The translations under genes were made by a program, and so were the position numbers. Under the pieces are notes generated by a model. The model was not told the origin of the DNA. It saw only the letters and a list, made by a program, of their open reading frames with translations, and did no database searches. From Candidatus Eiseniibacteriota bacterium (lineage in GTDB: Bacteria; Eisenbacteria; RBG-16-71-46; SZUA-252), in the NCBI GenBank assembly GCA_031397435.1, contig JANNMC010000035.1, positions 1 to 54,220 on the forward strand: a stretch of DNA of 54,220 bases, given 5' to 3'. Positions 1 through 9,379 of this stretch are shown one piece after another. Within the stretch, counting starts at the first letter, position 1, and the number at the start of each line of letters is the position of its first letter.

Positions 1-531
1 ACGGATCGCGTGGAGTCGGCATGCGGCATGGCGGGCGCGGCCGTGGGTCCCTTCTACTGCCCCGGGGACTCCAAGATCTACATCGACCTCTCGTTCTACA
101 GCCTCCTGCACGATCGCCTCGGCGCGCCTGGCGATTTCGCCCAGGCCTACGTCATCGCGCACGAGGTGGGGCACCACGTGCAGAACCTCCTCGGAATCAG
201 CGAACGCGTCCAGCGGGCGCGGGGCGAAATGAGCGAGGCGGAGTACAACCAGATGTCGGTGCGGATGGAGCTTCAGGCTGACTTCCTGGCCGGGGTCTGG
301 GCGCACCACACGCAGCGAGGGAAACAGCTCCTGGAAGCGGGAGATCTGGAGGAGGCCATCGCGGCCGCGGGCGCCGTGGGGGACGACCGGCTGCAGAGGG
401 GGTCGTCCGGCGCCGTGGTTCCCGACAGCTTCACGCACGGAACTTCGGCGCAGCGTGTGCGATGGTTTCGGCTAGGTTACGAAACCGGAGACATGCGCCA
501 GGGCGATACGTTCGCCGCCAGCGGTCTGTAG
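1..531 (+). CDS. YpfJ-like neutral zinc metallopeptidase (5' partial, frame open to the window edge)
   Basis: Frame 1 is open from base 1. It carries the HEXXH site AHEVGHH with flanking KIYIDLSF and LQADFLAG motifs typical of the YpfJ/Zn-peptidase family. Stop TAG at 529-531. Confidence 0.85.
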   Translation, partial: TDRVESACGMAGAAVGPFYCPGDSKIYIDLSFYSLLHDRLGAPGDFAQAYVIAHEVGHHVQNLLGISERVQRARGEMSEAEYNQMSVRMELQADFLAGVWAHHTQRGKQLLEAGDLEEAIAAAGAVGDDRLQRGSSGAVVPDSFTHGTSAQRVRWFRLGYETGDMRQGDTFAASGL

Positions 532-536
532 CGGCG

Positions 537-1202
537 CTACGTTTTTTCCTCGGCGTGGTGCTTGATCACGCGCGCTTCGGCGACGAAGATCGCCTCTTCC
601 GCGATGTTCGTGGCCAGATCGCCGACCCGTTCCAGGTTTCGGCTGATGAGCAGGTACTCCAGCGCCGCCAGGACGCACTCGGGATCCTTCAGCATCTTGG
701 CCGAGAGCGTTCCGAAGATGTGGGTCTTGTCGGCGTCGATGTCGGAGTCGCGCTCGCAGACTCGCCGCGCCAGGACCGGGTCGCCGCGAAGCCAGGCCGA
801 GACCGAGTCCTTGAGCGCGCCGCGCGCCCGTTCGCCCATGCGCGCCAGATCCTCCGGCGCCACCATGACCGGCAAACGGCTCAACTTGATCGCTCCCTGG
901 GCGATGTTCACGGCGTGATCGCCTAGGCGCTCGAGATCGTTCGAGAGCCGGATCGACGCGACCAGAAAGCGGAGATCTCGAGCCACCGGCTGCTGCAGTC
1001 CCAGGAAGCGAAGGCAGTTCGCCTCCACCTCGATTTCGATCTGGTCGATCGACGGATCGTCGGCGAAGACTTCTTCGGCCAGGCGGGAATTCCGGGTGCG
1101 GACTGCCTCCATGGCCTTCGTGAGGGCCGTCTCCGCGCGCCCCGCCATCTCGCTCAGCCGCTCGCGCAGCGATTCCAAATCTTGATGGAAGTGTCGTTCC
1201 AT
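537..1202 (-). CDS. phoU: Phosphate signalling/transport regulator PhoU
   Basis: 221-aa ORF with two PhoU repeats and conserved acidic motifs (DDPSIDQIEIEV, ERDSDIDADK). Its ATG shares one base with the pstB stop (TAATG at 1202). Confidence 0.93.
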   Translation of the reverse strand: MERHFHQDLESLRERLSEMAGRAETALTKAMEAVRTRNSRLAEEVFADDPSIDQIEIEVEANCLRFLGLQQPVARDLRFLVASIRLSNDLERLGDHAVNIAQGAIKLSRLPVMVAPEDLARMGERARGALKDSVSAWLRGDPVLARRVCERDSDIDADKTHIFGTLSAKMLKDPECVLAALEYLLISRNLERVGDLATNIAEEAIFVAEARVIKHHAEEKT

Positions 1203-1996
1203 TATCCGAACCGTCCCGTGATGTAGTCCTCGGTCAGCCGCTCGCCCGGCTTGGTGAAGAGCGATTGTGTCGGCCCCTCTTCCACAAGTTTACCTGAGAG
1301 CATGAAGGCCGTGCGATCGGAGATTCGCGCCGCCTGCTGCATGTTGTGCGTCACGATCGCGACGGTCACGGTCTGTTTGATGTCGAGCACCAGCTCTTCG
1401 ATCTTCGCCGTCGCCGTAGGGTCGAGGGCCGAAGCGGGTTCGTCGAGGAGCAGGACTTCGGGCTCCACGGCCAGCGCGCGCGCGATGCAGAGCCGCTGCT
1501 GCTGCTGTCCGCCCGAGAGGCCGAGCGCCGTCCGCCCCAGGCGATCCTTCACTTCCGACCAGAGCGCGGCGCGGCGGAGCGCCGATTCCACCGCCCCCTC
1601 CAGCACCGACTTCTTCCGCACGCCCTGAAGCCGCGGCCCGTAGGCCACGTTGTCGAAGATCGACATGGGAAACGGATTGGCGCGCTGGAAGACCATGCCG
1701 ACGCGCCGGCGAAGTTCGACGAGATCGATCCCCGGACCCAGAACGTTCGAGTCGGCGAAACGGATGGTGCCGTCGTAGCGGATGGGAGGATAGAGATCGT
1801 TCATCCGGTTGAAGCAGCGGAGGAGCGACGACTTTCCGCAGCCCGATGGGCCGATGATCGCGGTGATCCGATGGCGAGGAATCTTCAGAGTGACGCCGAA
1901 GAGCGCCTGATTCGACCCGTACCAGAGGGAGAGTCGCTCGGCTTCCAGCGCCGCGGGGGCGGCAGGCTCGGCGGCGGCCGCGGGGCTAAACGCCAT
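1202..1996 (-). CDS. pstB: Phosphate ABC transporter ATP-binding protein PstB
   Basis: Walker [13 protein letters not shown] signature [14 protein letters not shown], Walker [13 protein letters not shown] and a PstB-type C-terminus DYITGRFG. The ATG at 1996 has GGAG 6 nt upstream. The ORF also stays open to a GTG at 2032 (alternative start). Confidence 0.92.
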   Translation of the reverse strand: MAFSPAAAAEPAAPAALEAERLSLWYGSNQALFGVTLKIPRHRITAIIGPSGCGKSSLLRCFNRMNDLYPPIRYDGTIRFADSNVLGPGIDLVELRRRVGMVFQRANPFPMSIFDNVAYGPRLQGVRKKSVLEGAVESALRRAALWSEVKDRLGRTALGLSGGQQQQRLCIARALAVEPEVLLLDEPASALDPTATAKIEELVLDIKQTVTVAIVTHNMQQAARISDRTAFMLSGKLVEEGPTQSLFTKPGERLTEDYITGRFG

Positions 1997-2098
1997 GGTC
2001 AGCTCCGGAGGTGAAGAAATCGTTTCGATCACGCGACCCGTCCTTTCCTGAACACCATGACGATACAGGGGAAGTGGGACGGATCACCATTTCGCGAC

Positions 2099-2116
2099 TG
2101 TTACGATTATGTTACG
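2099..2116 (-). promoter_or_regulatory. Pho-box-like direct repeat upstream of pstB-phoU
   Basis: The gene-sense strand reads CGTAACA-TAAT-CGTAACA. This is an exact 7-bp direct repeat with a 4-bp all-A/T spacer (11-bp period) in the 98-bp phoR-pstB gap. Confidence 0.45.
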
Positions 2117-2130
2117 AACCATGGCTCGCC

Positions 2131-3510
2131 TCATGCGCCTGGCCCCGAGCGGGGGAGTTCCAGCCAGAAGGTGCTTCCCTCTTCCACCTTGCTCTCCACG
2201 CCTACCGTTCCACCGTGTAACTGCACGGCGTGCTTCACGATAGAGAGGCCAAGTCCGGTCCCGCCAAGCGCCCGGGAGCGCCCCTGGTCGACGCGATAGA
2301 AGCGCTCGAAGAGCCGCGGAAGGTGCTCCGGTGGAATGCCGCGGCCCGAGTCGGAGACGGTTACCCGAACGGTGGTCGGTCCCGGCACCAGGCGGACGCG
2401 CACCCATCCCGACTCCGTGTACTTGATGGCGTTGTCCATGAGGTTTCGGAGCGCCAACTCCAGCCGCGTCCGATCGCAGCGAACGAAGGTTCCCGGCGCC
2501 GCCTCCACCTCGAACTTCAATCCGCGGCGAACCGCCATGTCCTCCAGCGTCTGAGCCAGTTCGCGGAGCACGATGCCCAGGTCCCAGTCTTTCAGCGCTA
2601 GTTCCGCGTCGGGACGTTCCAGGTCGGCCAGCGAGAGGAGGTCGTCCACCATCGCCTCCAGGCGGACAGCCTGCGTGCGAATCGTCTCCACGAACTTGGC
2701 GCGGTGCTCCTCGTCCTCCAGGCCGCCATGCAGGAGCGTCTCGGTATAGCCGAGGATCGAGGTGAGCGGCGTCTTCAACTCGTGAGAAGCGTTCGCCACG
2801 AACTCGCGCCGAATCTCCGCCGCGCGCCGCTCGGGGGAGAGGTCTTCCACCGTCAGGAGCCAGGCTTCGGGTGTCTTCCCCGCGCCGACGGGCGCCACGC
2901 TCAACTCCACCTCGCGAGTCGTGGAGACGTAAAGCGGCACCTCGCGCGTCACGGCGCGCCCCGCACGACGGGCCTCCTCCAGCACATCCAGCAAGACCGG
3001 CTGCCGCGCTTCGGCGAGGTGCGCTCCCGGCGGCGGCGGTTCCACTTCCACCGCGTCCCAGAAGCGCGAATTCGCGTGCCGCACGATCAGATCGGGGGAG
3101 ACCAGGGCGACGCCCTGCGGGAGGTAATCGAGCGCGGCGGCGCTCTCGTCCCGCCTCCGCTCCAGCCGGCGGCGCTCGTTGACCGTCCGATCCGCGATCT
3201 CGTTCAACGAACGAGCCAGCCCCGCCAGGTCGTCGTGGGCGTCGACCGTGGCGCGATTGGAAAAATCGCCCTGCGCCATCCGGTCGGCCACGCGTTCGAT
3301 GGCGTCGAGGCGACGCGCTACGGCGGCGATGACGGTGTACATGGCGCCCGCGGTGGCCAGGACACCGAAGCCGAGGAGGAGCCAGACGCGGGAGAGCGAT
3401 CCCGGGGCGCGCGTGAACCAGACCCCGGCGACGATGGCGATCGCCAGAAGCGTTCCCAGAAGCGAGAAGTAGAGACGGCGAGAGGTGGGTCCCACGCGGT
3501 CAAGATACAC
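2131..3510 (-). CDS. phoR: PhoR-like sensor histidine kinase (TM, HAMP/PAS-like, HisKA, HATPase_c)
   Basis: N-terminal TM helices, H-box ANASHELKTPLTSILGY, N-box MDNAIKYT, and G-boxes DSGRGIP and GGTGLGLSIV. The gene sits between the phoB-like regulator and pstB-phoU. Confidence 0.85.
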   Translation of the reverse strand: MYLDRVGPTSRRLYFSLLGTLLAIAIVAGVWFTRAPGSLSRVWLLLGFGVLATAGAMYTVIAAVARRLDAIERVADRMAQGDFSNRATVDAHDDLAGLARSLNEIADRTVNERRRLERRRDESAAALDYLPQGVALVSPDLIVRHANSRFWDAVEVEPPPPGAHLAEARQPVLLDVLEEARRAGRAVTREVPLYVSTTREVELSVAPVGAGKTPEAWLLTVEDLSPERRAAEIRREFVANASHELKTPLTSILGYTETLLHGGLEDEEHRAKFVETIRTQAVRLEAMVDDLLSLADLERPDAELALKDWDLGIVLRELAQTLEDMAVRRGLKFEVEAAPGTFVRCDRTRLELALRNLMDNAIKYTESGWVRVRLVPGPTTVRVTVSDSGRGIPPEHLPRLFERFYRVDQGRSRALGGTGLGLSIVKHAVQLHGGTVGVESKVEEGSTFWLELPRSGPGA

Positions 3511-3534
3511 TACGCGAGGAGAGAGGGCGGGCTG

Positions 3535-4272
3535 CTACTTAGCGGGGACTTCGGCCGAGTACCCCACGCCGGTCACGGTGCGGATGAGTGTGGCGTCGTT
3601 CCCCAGTTTGGCTCGCAGGCGACGGACGTGAACGTCGACCGTGCGCGTCTCACCGAAGTAGCCAAGGCCCCAGACCTTGTCCAGCAACTGCTCCCGCGAG
3701 AAGACCTTTCCGGGGCGCTGAAGGAGATATTCCAGGAGGCGGTACTCGGTCGGCGTGAGATGAATCTCCTGCTGCCGCAGGAAGACTTGATGGCGCTCGC
3801 GATCGAAGCGGAAAGGACCGACCGCCTCGGGGCCTGTTGGCTCGTCGGGGCGCGTGCGCCGGAGGATCGCTCCGACGCGGGCCAGCAGTTCCTTGGGCGA
3901 GAACGGCTTCGTCAGGTAATCGTCGGCGCCACGCTCGAAGCCGATCAGCTTGTCCATCTCGGTGCTTCGCGCCGTGAGAAGGAGGACCGGGAGCGACTGC
4001 GTGCGCGGCTCGCTCCGGATCGATTCCAGGACCTCGATCCCGCTCTTCTTGGGAAGGAGGAGGTCGAGGATCACAAGGTCGGGGGGCGACTGATAGATTC
4101 GCTCCAGGGCCGCCTCGCCGTCGGAGGCGTCGAGAACTCTGTAGCCTTCGCGGGAAAGGTTGTAGCGGACGAGTTCGAGGATGTCCGGCTCGTCGTCCAC
4201 GACGAGAATGGTGGAGCGGGCCGTCTTCGACACGTCCCGTAGTGTAGCACGCGCCATCCGCATCGTTTGCAT
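3535..4272 (-). CDS. phoB: PhoB/OmpR-family response regulator
   Basis: Receiver motifs ILVVDDEPD and DLVILDLLLP. Winged-helix region LTPTEYRLLEYL...RTVDVHVRRLRAKL. Alternative in-frame ATGs at 4263 and 4257. Confidence 0.88.
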   Translation of the reverse strand: MQTMRMARATLRDVSKTARSTILVVDDEPDILELVRYNLSREGYRVLDASDGEAALERIYQSPPDLVILDLLLPKKSGIEVLESIRSEPRTQSLPVLLLTARSTEMDKLIGFERGADDYLTKPFSPKELLARVGAILRRTRPDEPTGPEAVGPFRFDRERHQVFLRQQEIHLTPTEYRLLEYLLQRPGKVFSREQLLDKVWGLGYFGETRTVDVHVRRLRAKLGNDATLIRTVTGVGYSAEVPAK

Positions 4273-4316
4273 GGCAGAAGCGTACCTGCACCCCCATTAC
4301 CGCCCTGCGGCGCCCC

Positions 4317-4334
4317 TATTTCGATCGCGTTACG
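4317..4334 (-). promoter_or_regulatory. Degenerate Pho-box-like repeat upstream of phoB
   Basis: The gene-sense strand reads CGTAACG-CGAT-CGAAATA (6/7 and 5/7 matches to CGTAACA, 11-bp period). It is followed after 17 nt by TAATGG (4299-4294). Confidence 0.3.
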
Positions 4335-4390
4335 ACGGGGCACCCGTCCCGGGCTCCTCCCCGGTGTCGCCCCCATTTGTAAACGCGCCA

Positions 4391-4419
4391 TTGACTTCCC
4401 CTTCGGGGTCCAGTAGCCT
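4391..4419 (+). promoter_or_regulatory. Candidate sigma70-type promoter for secDF
   Basis: TTGACT (4391-4396), a 17-nt spacer, then TAGCCT (4414-4419). The decamer ATTGACTTCC recurs at 4431-4440. A CCCC-TTCG-GGGG hairpin lies within the spacer. Confidence 0.25.
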
Positions 4420-4478
4420 TTTCCGTCTCGATTGACTTCCGACAAGGTCTTCGGTTTCCGGGACCGACAGGAGCAGCC

Positions 4479-6104
4479 GTGACGAAAAGCGATCAGCGAA
4501 AATTCATGCTCACCCTGGCCGGCGTGGCCCTCTGTGTCTACACGCTTTGGCCTACGTTCCAGTTCTATGCCCTGTCGCCCGCCAAGCGCCAGGAAGTGCT
4601 TCAGGCGCGCCCGGCTTCCGCCACCAACGAGGACGACCGCCAGCGGCTCCAGAAACTGGCAGATCTTCGCGAGAAGTCGATCAAGCTGGGACTCGATCTC
4701 CAGGGTGGCATGTACCTCCTCCTGGAAGTCGACAAGTCGAAGCTGGGCCCCGCCGAGGCGAAGAATGCCGTCGACCAGGCGATGCAGATCATCCGCAACC
4801 GAATCGACCAGTTCGGCGTGGCGGAACCTTCCATTCAGAAGCAGGGCGACAACCGTATCCTGGTCCAGCTTCCCGGCCTTCTCGATCAGGGGCGCGCCAA
4901 GGAGCTGATCGGGCAGACGGCTCTCCTCGAGTTCAAGCTCGTGAAGAGCGACGACGAGCAGCGGGCCGTTCTCGACCGTCTCGACAAGTACTTCGCGCTT
5001 CGGATGGGCGCCCCAGTCGCGGGCGCGGCAACCGTCGCCGATTCGCTGGTGCGGCCGCTCACGTCGCGCTTCCTATCGGTCGGCCAGGGGGGCGAGTCGT
5101 TCGTCCTGAGCGAGAACGTGGCCGCGGTGGATGAAATGATCAACCAGGTCCGCGCCGACTCCTCATTCGTCCTCGACGGCGCCTTCGCCTGGGAATCCCA
5201 TCTCACGGAGCGTGAGGGCCGCAGTGGCCGCGTCTTCCACGTTCTGACGAAGGAACCCCTCATGCAGGGGAAAGACGTTCAAAGCGCGCAGATGCGGCTC
5301 GACCTCGACGAACAGCGCCCCGGCGCGCCGGGTGTCTCCTTCACGCTGACCAGCCGCGGTGGCGCGACGTTCGCCGACGTGACCGGCGCGAACGTAGGAC
5401 GCCGGCTTGCCATCGTGCTCGACAACCGCGTCCAGTCGGCGCCGAACATCAATGAGCGGATTCCGCGCGGCCAGGGCTCGATCACGGGAAGTTTCACGGA
5501 GGAAGAGGCGCAGAACCTGGCCATCGTTCTCCGATCGGGCGCCCTACCGGCACCCGTCACCGTTGTCGAGGAACGGACCGTCGGACCGTCGCTGGGCCAG
5601 GACTCGATCCAGCAGGGGCTCCTGGCCGGCGCGATCGGAGCGGCTGCGGTCATCCTCTTCATGCTCGTCTACTACAAGCTCTCGGGCGCTGTCGCGGTGA
5701 TGGCGCTGCTCCTGAATATTCTGGGCCTCCTCGCCTGCATGGCTGGGTTCCACGCCACGCTGACGCTTCCGGGCATCGCCGGCATCGTCCTCACGATCGG
5801 CATGGCTGTCGACGCGAACGTGCTCGTCTTCGAGCGCATCCGCGAGGAACTCCGGAACAAGAAGACCGTGCTCGCGGCCATTGAACAGGGGTACGCGCGG
5901 GCCTATCGCACGATCGTCGACGCCAACGTTACGACACTTCTCTCCGCGCTGGCGCTCATGTGGTTCGGAACGGGCCCCATCCGCGGTTTCGCCGTCACGC
6001 TCTCGATCGGTCTGATCATCAACATGATCACGGCCGTCGGCGTTTCCAAGATGATCTTCGACGCGTGGTCGCTGCGTCGCAAGGTCAACAGCATCAGTAT
6101 CTAA
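4479..6104 (+). CDS. secD: Protein translocase subunit SecD
   Basis: GTG start preceded by GGAGCAG. Contains the GLDLQGGMYLLLEVD motif, a large periplasmic domain and a C-terminal six-helix bundle. Confidence 0.95.
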   Translation: MTKSDQRKFMLTLAGVALCVYTLWPTFQFYALSPAKRQEVLQARPASATNEDDRQRLQKLADLREKSIKLGLDLQGGMYLLLEVDKSKLGPAEAKNAVDQAMQIIRNRIDQFGVAEPSIQKQGDNRILVQLPGLLDQGRAKELIGQTALLEFKLVKSDDEQRAVLDRLDKYFALRMGAPVAGAATVADSLVRPLTSRFLSVGQGGESFVLSENVAAVDEMINQVRADSSFVLDGAFAWESHLTEREGRSGRVFHVLTKEPLMQGKDVQSAQMRLDLDEQRPGAPGVSFTLTSRGGATFADVTGANVGRRLAIVLDNRVQSAPNINERIPRGQGSITGSFTEEEAQNLAIVLRSGALPAPVTVVEERTVGPSLGQDSIQQGLLAGAIGAAAVILFMLVYYKLSGAVAVMALLLNILGLLACMAGFHATLTLPGIAGIVLTIGMAVDANVLVFERIREELRNKKTVLAAIEQGYARAYRTIVDANVTTLLSALALMWFGTGPIRGFAVTLSIGLIINMITAVGVSKMIFDAWSLRRKVNSISI

Positions 6105-6114
6105 GGGAGGCGCC

Positions 6115-7023
6115 GTGCTCCAGATCCTCCACAACATCAACGTCGACTGGATGGGGAAGCGCGCCATCGCGTACACCATTTCGGGCGCGTGCGTACTCAT
6201 CTCCATCCTATCGCTCGTTCTCCACGGCGGCCCACGCTACGGCGTCGACTTCACCGGCGGCACGCTGGTGGAGGTCTCCGTGACCCCGGCGCCCGTGGTG
6301 GACGCCGTACGCGCCGCGATCGAAGGGGCCGGCATGAGTGGCGCCGAGATCCAGCGCCTGGAGAAGCCCGAGTACTTTCTGATCCGTATGGGCGCGGGTG
6401 AGGGTGGCAAGGATCCCGCTCCGGCGGTCCGCGCCGCGCTGGAGAAGTCGCACGAAGGCTCCACGGTCGAGATTCGCCGCGTTGAAACGGTCGGACCTCG
6501 CGTGGGTGGGGAACTTCGCGGCGCCGCGGTCAAGGCGGTCCTCCTGGCGCTCGGACTGATCCTCGTCTACGTCGCCATCCGCTACGACTGGCGCTATTCG
6601 TTTGGTGCCGTAGCGGCGCTCTTCCACGACGTCTTCATCGCGCTCGGCGCGGTTTCGCTCACGAACCGCGAGCTGACCCTGACCGTCGTGGCAGCGCTCC
6701 TGACGATCGCCGGGTTCTCCATCAACGACACCATCGTCGTGTTCGATCGTATCCGCGAGCGGAAGCAGGCGCTCCGGAAGGAACCGCCCGAGAAGATCAT
6801 GAACATCGCCGTGAACGAGACGCTGAGCCGGACGGTCATCACGTCGCTCACCGTGACGCTCACCTGCCTCGCGCTCTTCCTCTTCGGCGGCGACGTGATC
6901 CACGACTTCTCGTTCACGATGCTCGTCGGCGTCGTCTTCGGAACCTACTCCTCGGTCTTCGTCGCGAGCGCCCTCGCCCTCGACACCCAGCTCTGGCTGG
7001 AGCGTCAGGGCAAGAAGAAGTAG
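6115..7023 (+). CDS. secF: Protein translocase subunit SecF
   Basis: GVDFTGGTLVEV motif and a SecF membrane bundle. Starts 10 bp after the secD stop. Confidence 0.95.
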   Translation: MLQILHNINVDWMGKRAIAYTISGACVLISILSLVLHGGPRYGVDFTGGTLVEVSVTPAPVVDAVRAAIEGAGMSGAEIQRLEKPEYFLIRMGAGEGGKDPAPAVRAALEKSHEGSTVEIRRVETVGPRVGGELRGAAVKAVLLALGLILVYVAIRYDWRYSFGAVAALFHDVFIALGAVSLTNRELTLTVVAALLTIAGFSINDTIVVFDRIRERKQALRKEPPEKIMNIAVNETLSRTVITSLTVTLTCLALFLFGGDVIHDFSFTMLVGVVFGTYSSVFVASALALDTQLWLERQGKKK

Positions 7024-7063
7024 CCGCCGCGCGACGGTTTTTCCCCGCGCTGCGCGGGAGGGG

Positions 7064-7594
7064 ATGATGTCACTTCACCTCCACCGCTTTCTTGGCTCCG
7101 GCCGGCCGGCCACGCTCTTCCTGGCCGCCACCTTCCTGATTTCCGCCGTCGCTCCACGCCTCGCGCACGCGGTCGGCGCGGCGCCCGACCCGGGGTTCAC
7201 GGCACCGGTCGCCCCCGCTCCGCAGCCGACTCCCGTTCAGCTCTTTGCCGCCGTCGAGCGCGCCTGGATCGGCGCCGAGTCGAACGCGCTGGCTTCGCTC
7301 TGCGACAGCGCCATCGTGCGCGTGGCGCTGAAGCCGGGCTCTCCTCCCGCCACCGCGCCGACGCTGGGCGCCGTCGCCTTCCTCATCCACGATCAGCTTC
7401 GTCTCGTCGTCTCGCGCCGCTTTCACGTCGTGCGCCTGGAGGTCAACGCGAAGAAGCGGACGGCGCGGGCGTGGGCGCGATGGAGCGGCGAGTGGGGTGG
7501 GACGCGCGGGACGCGTGACGTCGAAGTCGTTCTCCAAGCCCGGGCGGCGGCCGATTCGGGCTGGCTCCTGACGGAGATTCGCGCGAACGACTGA
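7064..7594 (+). CDS. Hypothetical secreted protein (possible NTF2/SnoaL-like fold)
   Basis: N-terminal signal peptide ending AHA, a Pro-rich linker and a compact C-terminal domain of about 120 aa. G/C-rich third codon positions favour this strand over the 7070-8434 antisense ORF. The fold assignment is inference only. Confidence 0.6.
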   Translation: MMSLHLHRFLGSGRPATLFLAATFLISAVAPRLAHAVGAAPDPGFTAPVAPAPQPTPVQLFAAVERAWIGAESNALASLCDSAIVRVALKPGSPPATAPTLGAVAFLIHDQLRLVVSRRFHVVRLEVNAKKRTARAWARWSGEWGGTRGTRDVEVVLQARAAADSGWLLTEIRAND

Positions 7595-7612
7595 GTCGGC
7601 GCGCGACCCACC

Positions 7613-8458
7613 ATGACCGCCGACGTTCTCTACACTTCCGATCTCCACGGCAGCGAAGCCCACTACCACGAGACGCTCGATCTGGCGCGGCGGAGTGGCG
7701 TGCGCGCCATCCTCCTCGGGGGCGACCTGGCGAAGCATGGCTCGATCGCGGATCAGCGCGACTTCTACGAGCGCTTCCTTCTCCCGCTCTTCCACGACTA
7801 CTTCACGGAGCCGTCGTGCGCCGATGTCTGGTGGATCATGGGAAACGACGACTGGTCGGCGCACGTGCCGCTGCTGGAAGGGGCCGGCCTGCCGCGACTG
7901 AAGCATGTGCATGGCCGGATCGCGCCGTTCCTGGACGGCTGGTCGCTGGCCGGGCTCGCCTGCGTGCCCGCGAGTCCCTTCGCACTTAAAGATTGGGAGC
8001 GCTGGGAGGAGGGATTGGGACCGGCCACGCGCTGGGACGGATTTCGAAGCGGAACGACCGGACGCTCGCGTCCCTTCAGTTTCGTGGGAATCGAGCGGGA
8101 GGAAACGCTCTCCGCGGAGTTCACGGGGCTCGAGCGCGGGTGGCCCGCCGACGGCTCGCGCGTGATCTGTATGCTGCACGGGCCGCCCCACGGAACCGCC
8201 TGCGATCAGCTCCATGGTCATGTCCACGTCGGCTCGCGCGAGACGCGCCGATTCCTGGAGCGCCGGGCGCCGGCGCTCTCGCTCCACGGGCATATTCACG
8301 AGTCTCCCGTGGTCTCGGGCCGCTTCCACGATCAGATCGGGGCGACGGTCTGCGTGAATCCGGGGCAGAGCCCCGGGAAGCCGCTCGCGGCCGTCACCTT
8401 TTCGATGTCCGATCCAACATCCACGTTGGAGCACACGCTGATGGGGCGCGCGCGGTGA
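7613..8458 (+). CDS. Calcineurin-like metallophosphoesterase
   Basis: Motifs DLHG, GGDL, GNDDW, HGPP and GHIH occur in the canonical order. Confidence 0.85.
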   Translation: MTADVLYTSDLHGSEAHYHETLDLARRSGVRAILLGGDLAKHGSIADQRDFYERFLLPLFHDYFTEPSCADVWWIMGNDDWSAHVPLLEGAGLPRLKHVHGRIAPFLDGWSLAGLACVPASPFALKDWERWEEGLGPATRWDGFRSGTTGRSRPFSFVGIEREETLSAEFTGLERGWPADGSRVICMLHGPPHGTACDQLHGHVHVGSRETRRFLERRAPALSLHGHIHESPVVSGRFHDQIGATVCVNPGQSPGKPLAAVTFSMSDPTSTLEHTLMGRAR

Positions 8459-9195
8459 GAGTTCGCGCCCTCCAGCACGTGCCGCACGAAGGGCCCGCGG
8501 CGATTGCCGCGTGGGCAGACGAGCGCGGACATTCGCTTCAGGTCACGCGCCTCGATCGAGGAGAACCGCTCCCCGCGGTGGCCGACTTCGACCTGCTGGT
8601 CGTGATGGGCGGTCCGATGAGCGTGAACGACGAGGCGCTTCACCCATGGCTGGTGGAGGAGAAGCGGCTCATTGGAGAAACCATCCAGGCGGATCGCCGG
8701 CTTCTCGGCATCTGCCTCGGCGCGCAGATGATCGCGGCGGCCCTGGGGAAGCGGGTCTACGCCGCGCCGGCGCCGGAGATCGGATGGATGGCGGTCCGCG
8801 TCACGGCGGAGGCGGCGCGCTCGCGCACCTTCGCGGCAATGCCCGCGACGATCACCCCGCTTCACTGGCATGGCGAGACGTTCGATCTGCCGGAGGGAGC
8901 GACCCGGCTGGCCGAGACCGATCTCTGTCCGAATCAGGCGTTCGAAATCGAGTTCGAAGGCGGCCCCGCGCGCGGCGGCGCTCTCGCTCTCGCGCTCCAG
9001 TTTCATCTGGAGGCGACGGACAAGAGCGTTCAGGCGATGTTGGCGGCGGAATCCCCGTGTGCCACGGGAACCGAGGGAGTGGGGGCGGTTCCGCCCGAGG
9101 CGGAACTCCTGGTCTCGCCACCCCACTACGCCGCGATTCACGCCCTCCTGAATGCCGCGCTCGATGCCCTCGTGGCGCGGCCGGCGGCGCGGTAG
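8455..9195 (+). CDS. Class I glutamine amidotransferase (GMP synthase-like GATase domain protein)
   Basis: The GTG at 8455 overlaps the upstream stop (GTGA). Nucleophile elbow GICLGAQ and HWHGETF are present. The part of track ORF 7993-9195 before 8455 overlaps the phosphoesterase gene in another frame and is Arg-rich shadow sequence. Confidence 0.85.
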   Translation: MRVRALQHVPHEGPAAIAAWADERGHSLQVTRLDRGEPLPAVADFDLLVVMGGPMSVNDEALHPWLVEEKRLIGETIQADRRLLGICLGAQMIAAALGKRVYAAPAPEIGWMAVRVTAEAARSRTFAAMPATITPLHWHGETFDLPEGATRLAETDLCPNQAFEIEFEGGPARGGALALALQFHLEATDKSVQAMLAAESPCATGTEGVGAVPPEAELLVSPPHYAAIHALLNAALDALVARPAAR

Positions 9196-9379
9196 CGCGA
9201 ACTCGCCGCTTCCTCTATGGCCGCAGAATCGTCGCCCCTACCGGAACCGCGCCTAACTGCCGATGTACTGCTGAATACGGCCCGCTTTGGATCACCCCGG
9301 CTCTGATATCCTGAAGGGACCGGAAGCGCGCGCTGGAGCCCCTGTTCCCCGCCATCGTACGGAGTGCCGATAAACGATT

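Noticed and set aside
528-540. 13-bp palindrome GTAGCGGCGCTAC containing the stop codons of both convergent genes (the YpfJ-like gene and phoU).
   Set aside because: A 1-nt loop cannot form a hairpin. It is most simply a coincidence of two TAG stops 5 bp apart.
7024-7063. Possible intrinsic terminator after secF (CCGCCGCGCGACGG followed by TTTTT).
   Set aside because: Only about 3 bp of stem can be paired before the T run. This is too weak to call.
7993-8454. N-terminal 154 codons of track ORF 7993-9195, upstream of the GATase domain.
   Set aside because: This part overlaps the metallophosphoesterase gene in another frame and is Arg-rich. A GTG at 8455 that overlaps the upstream stop gives a normal-length GATase.
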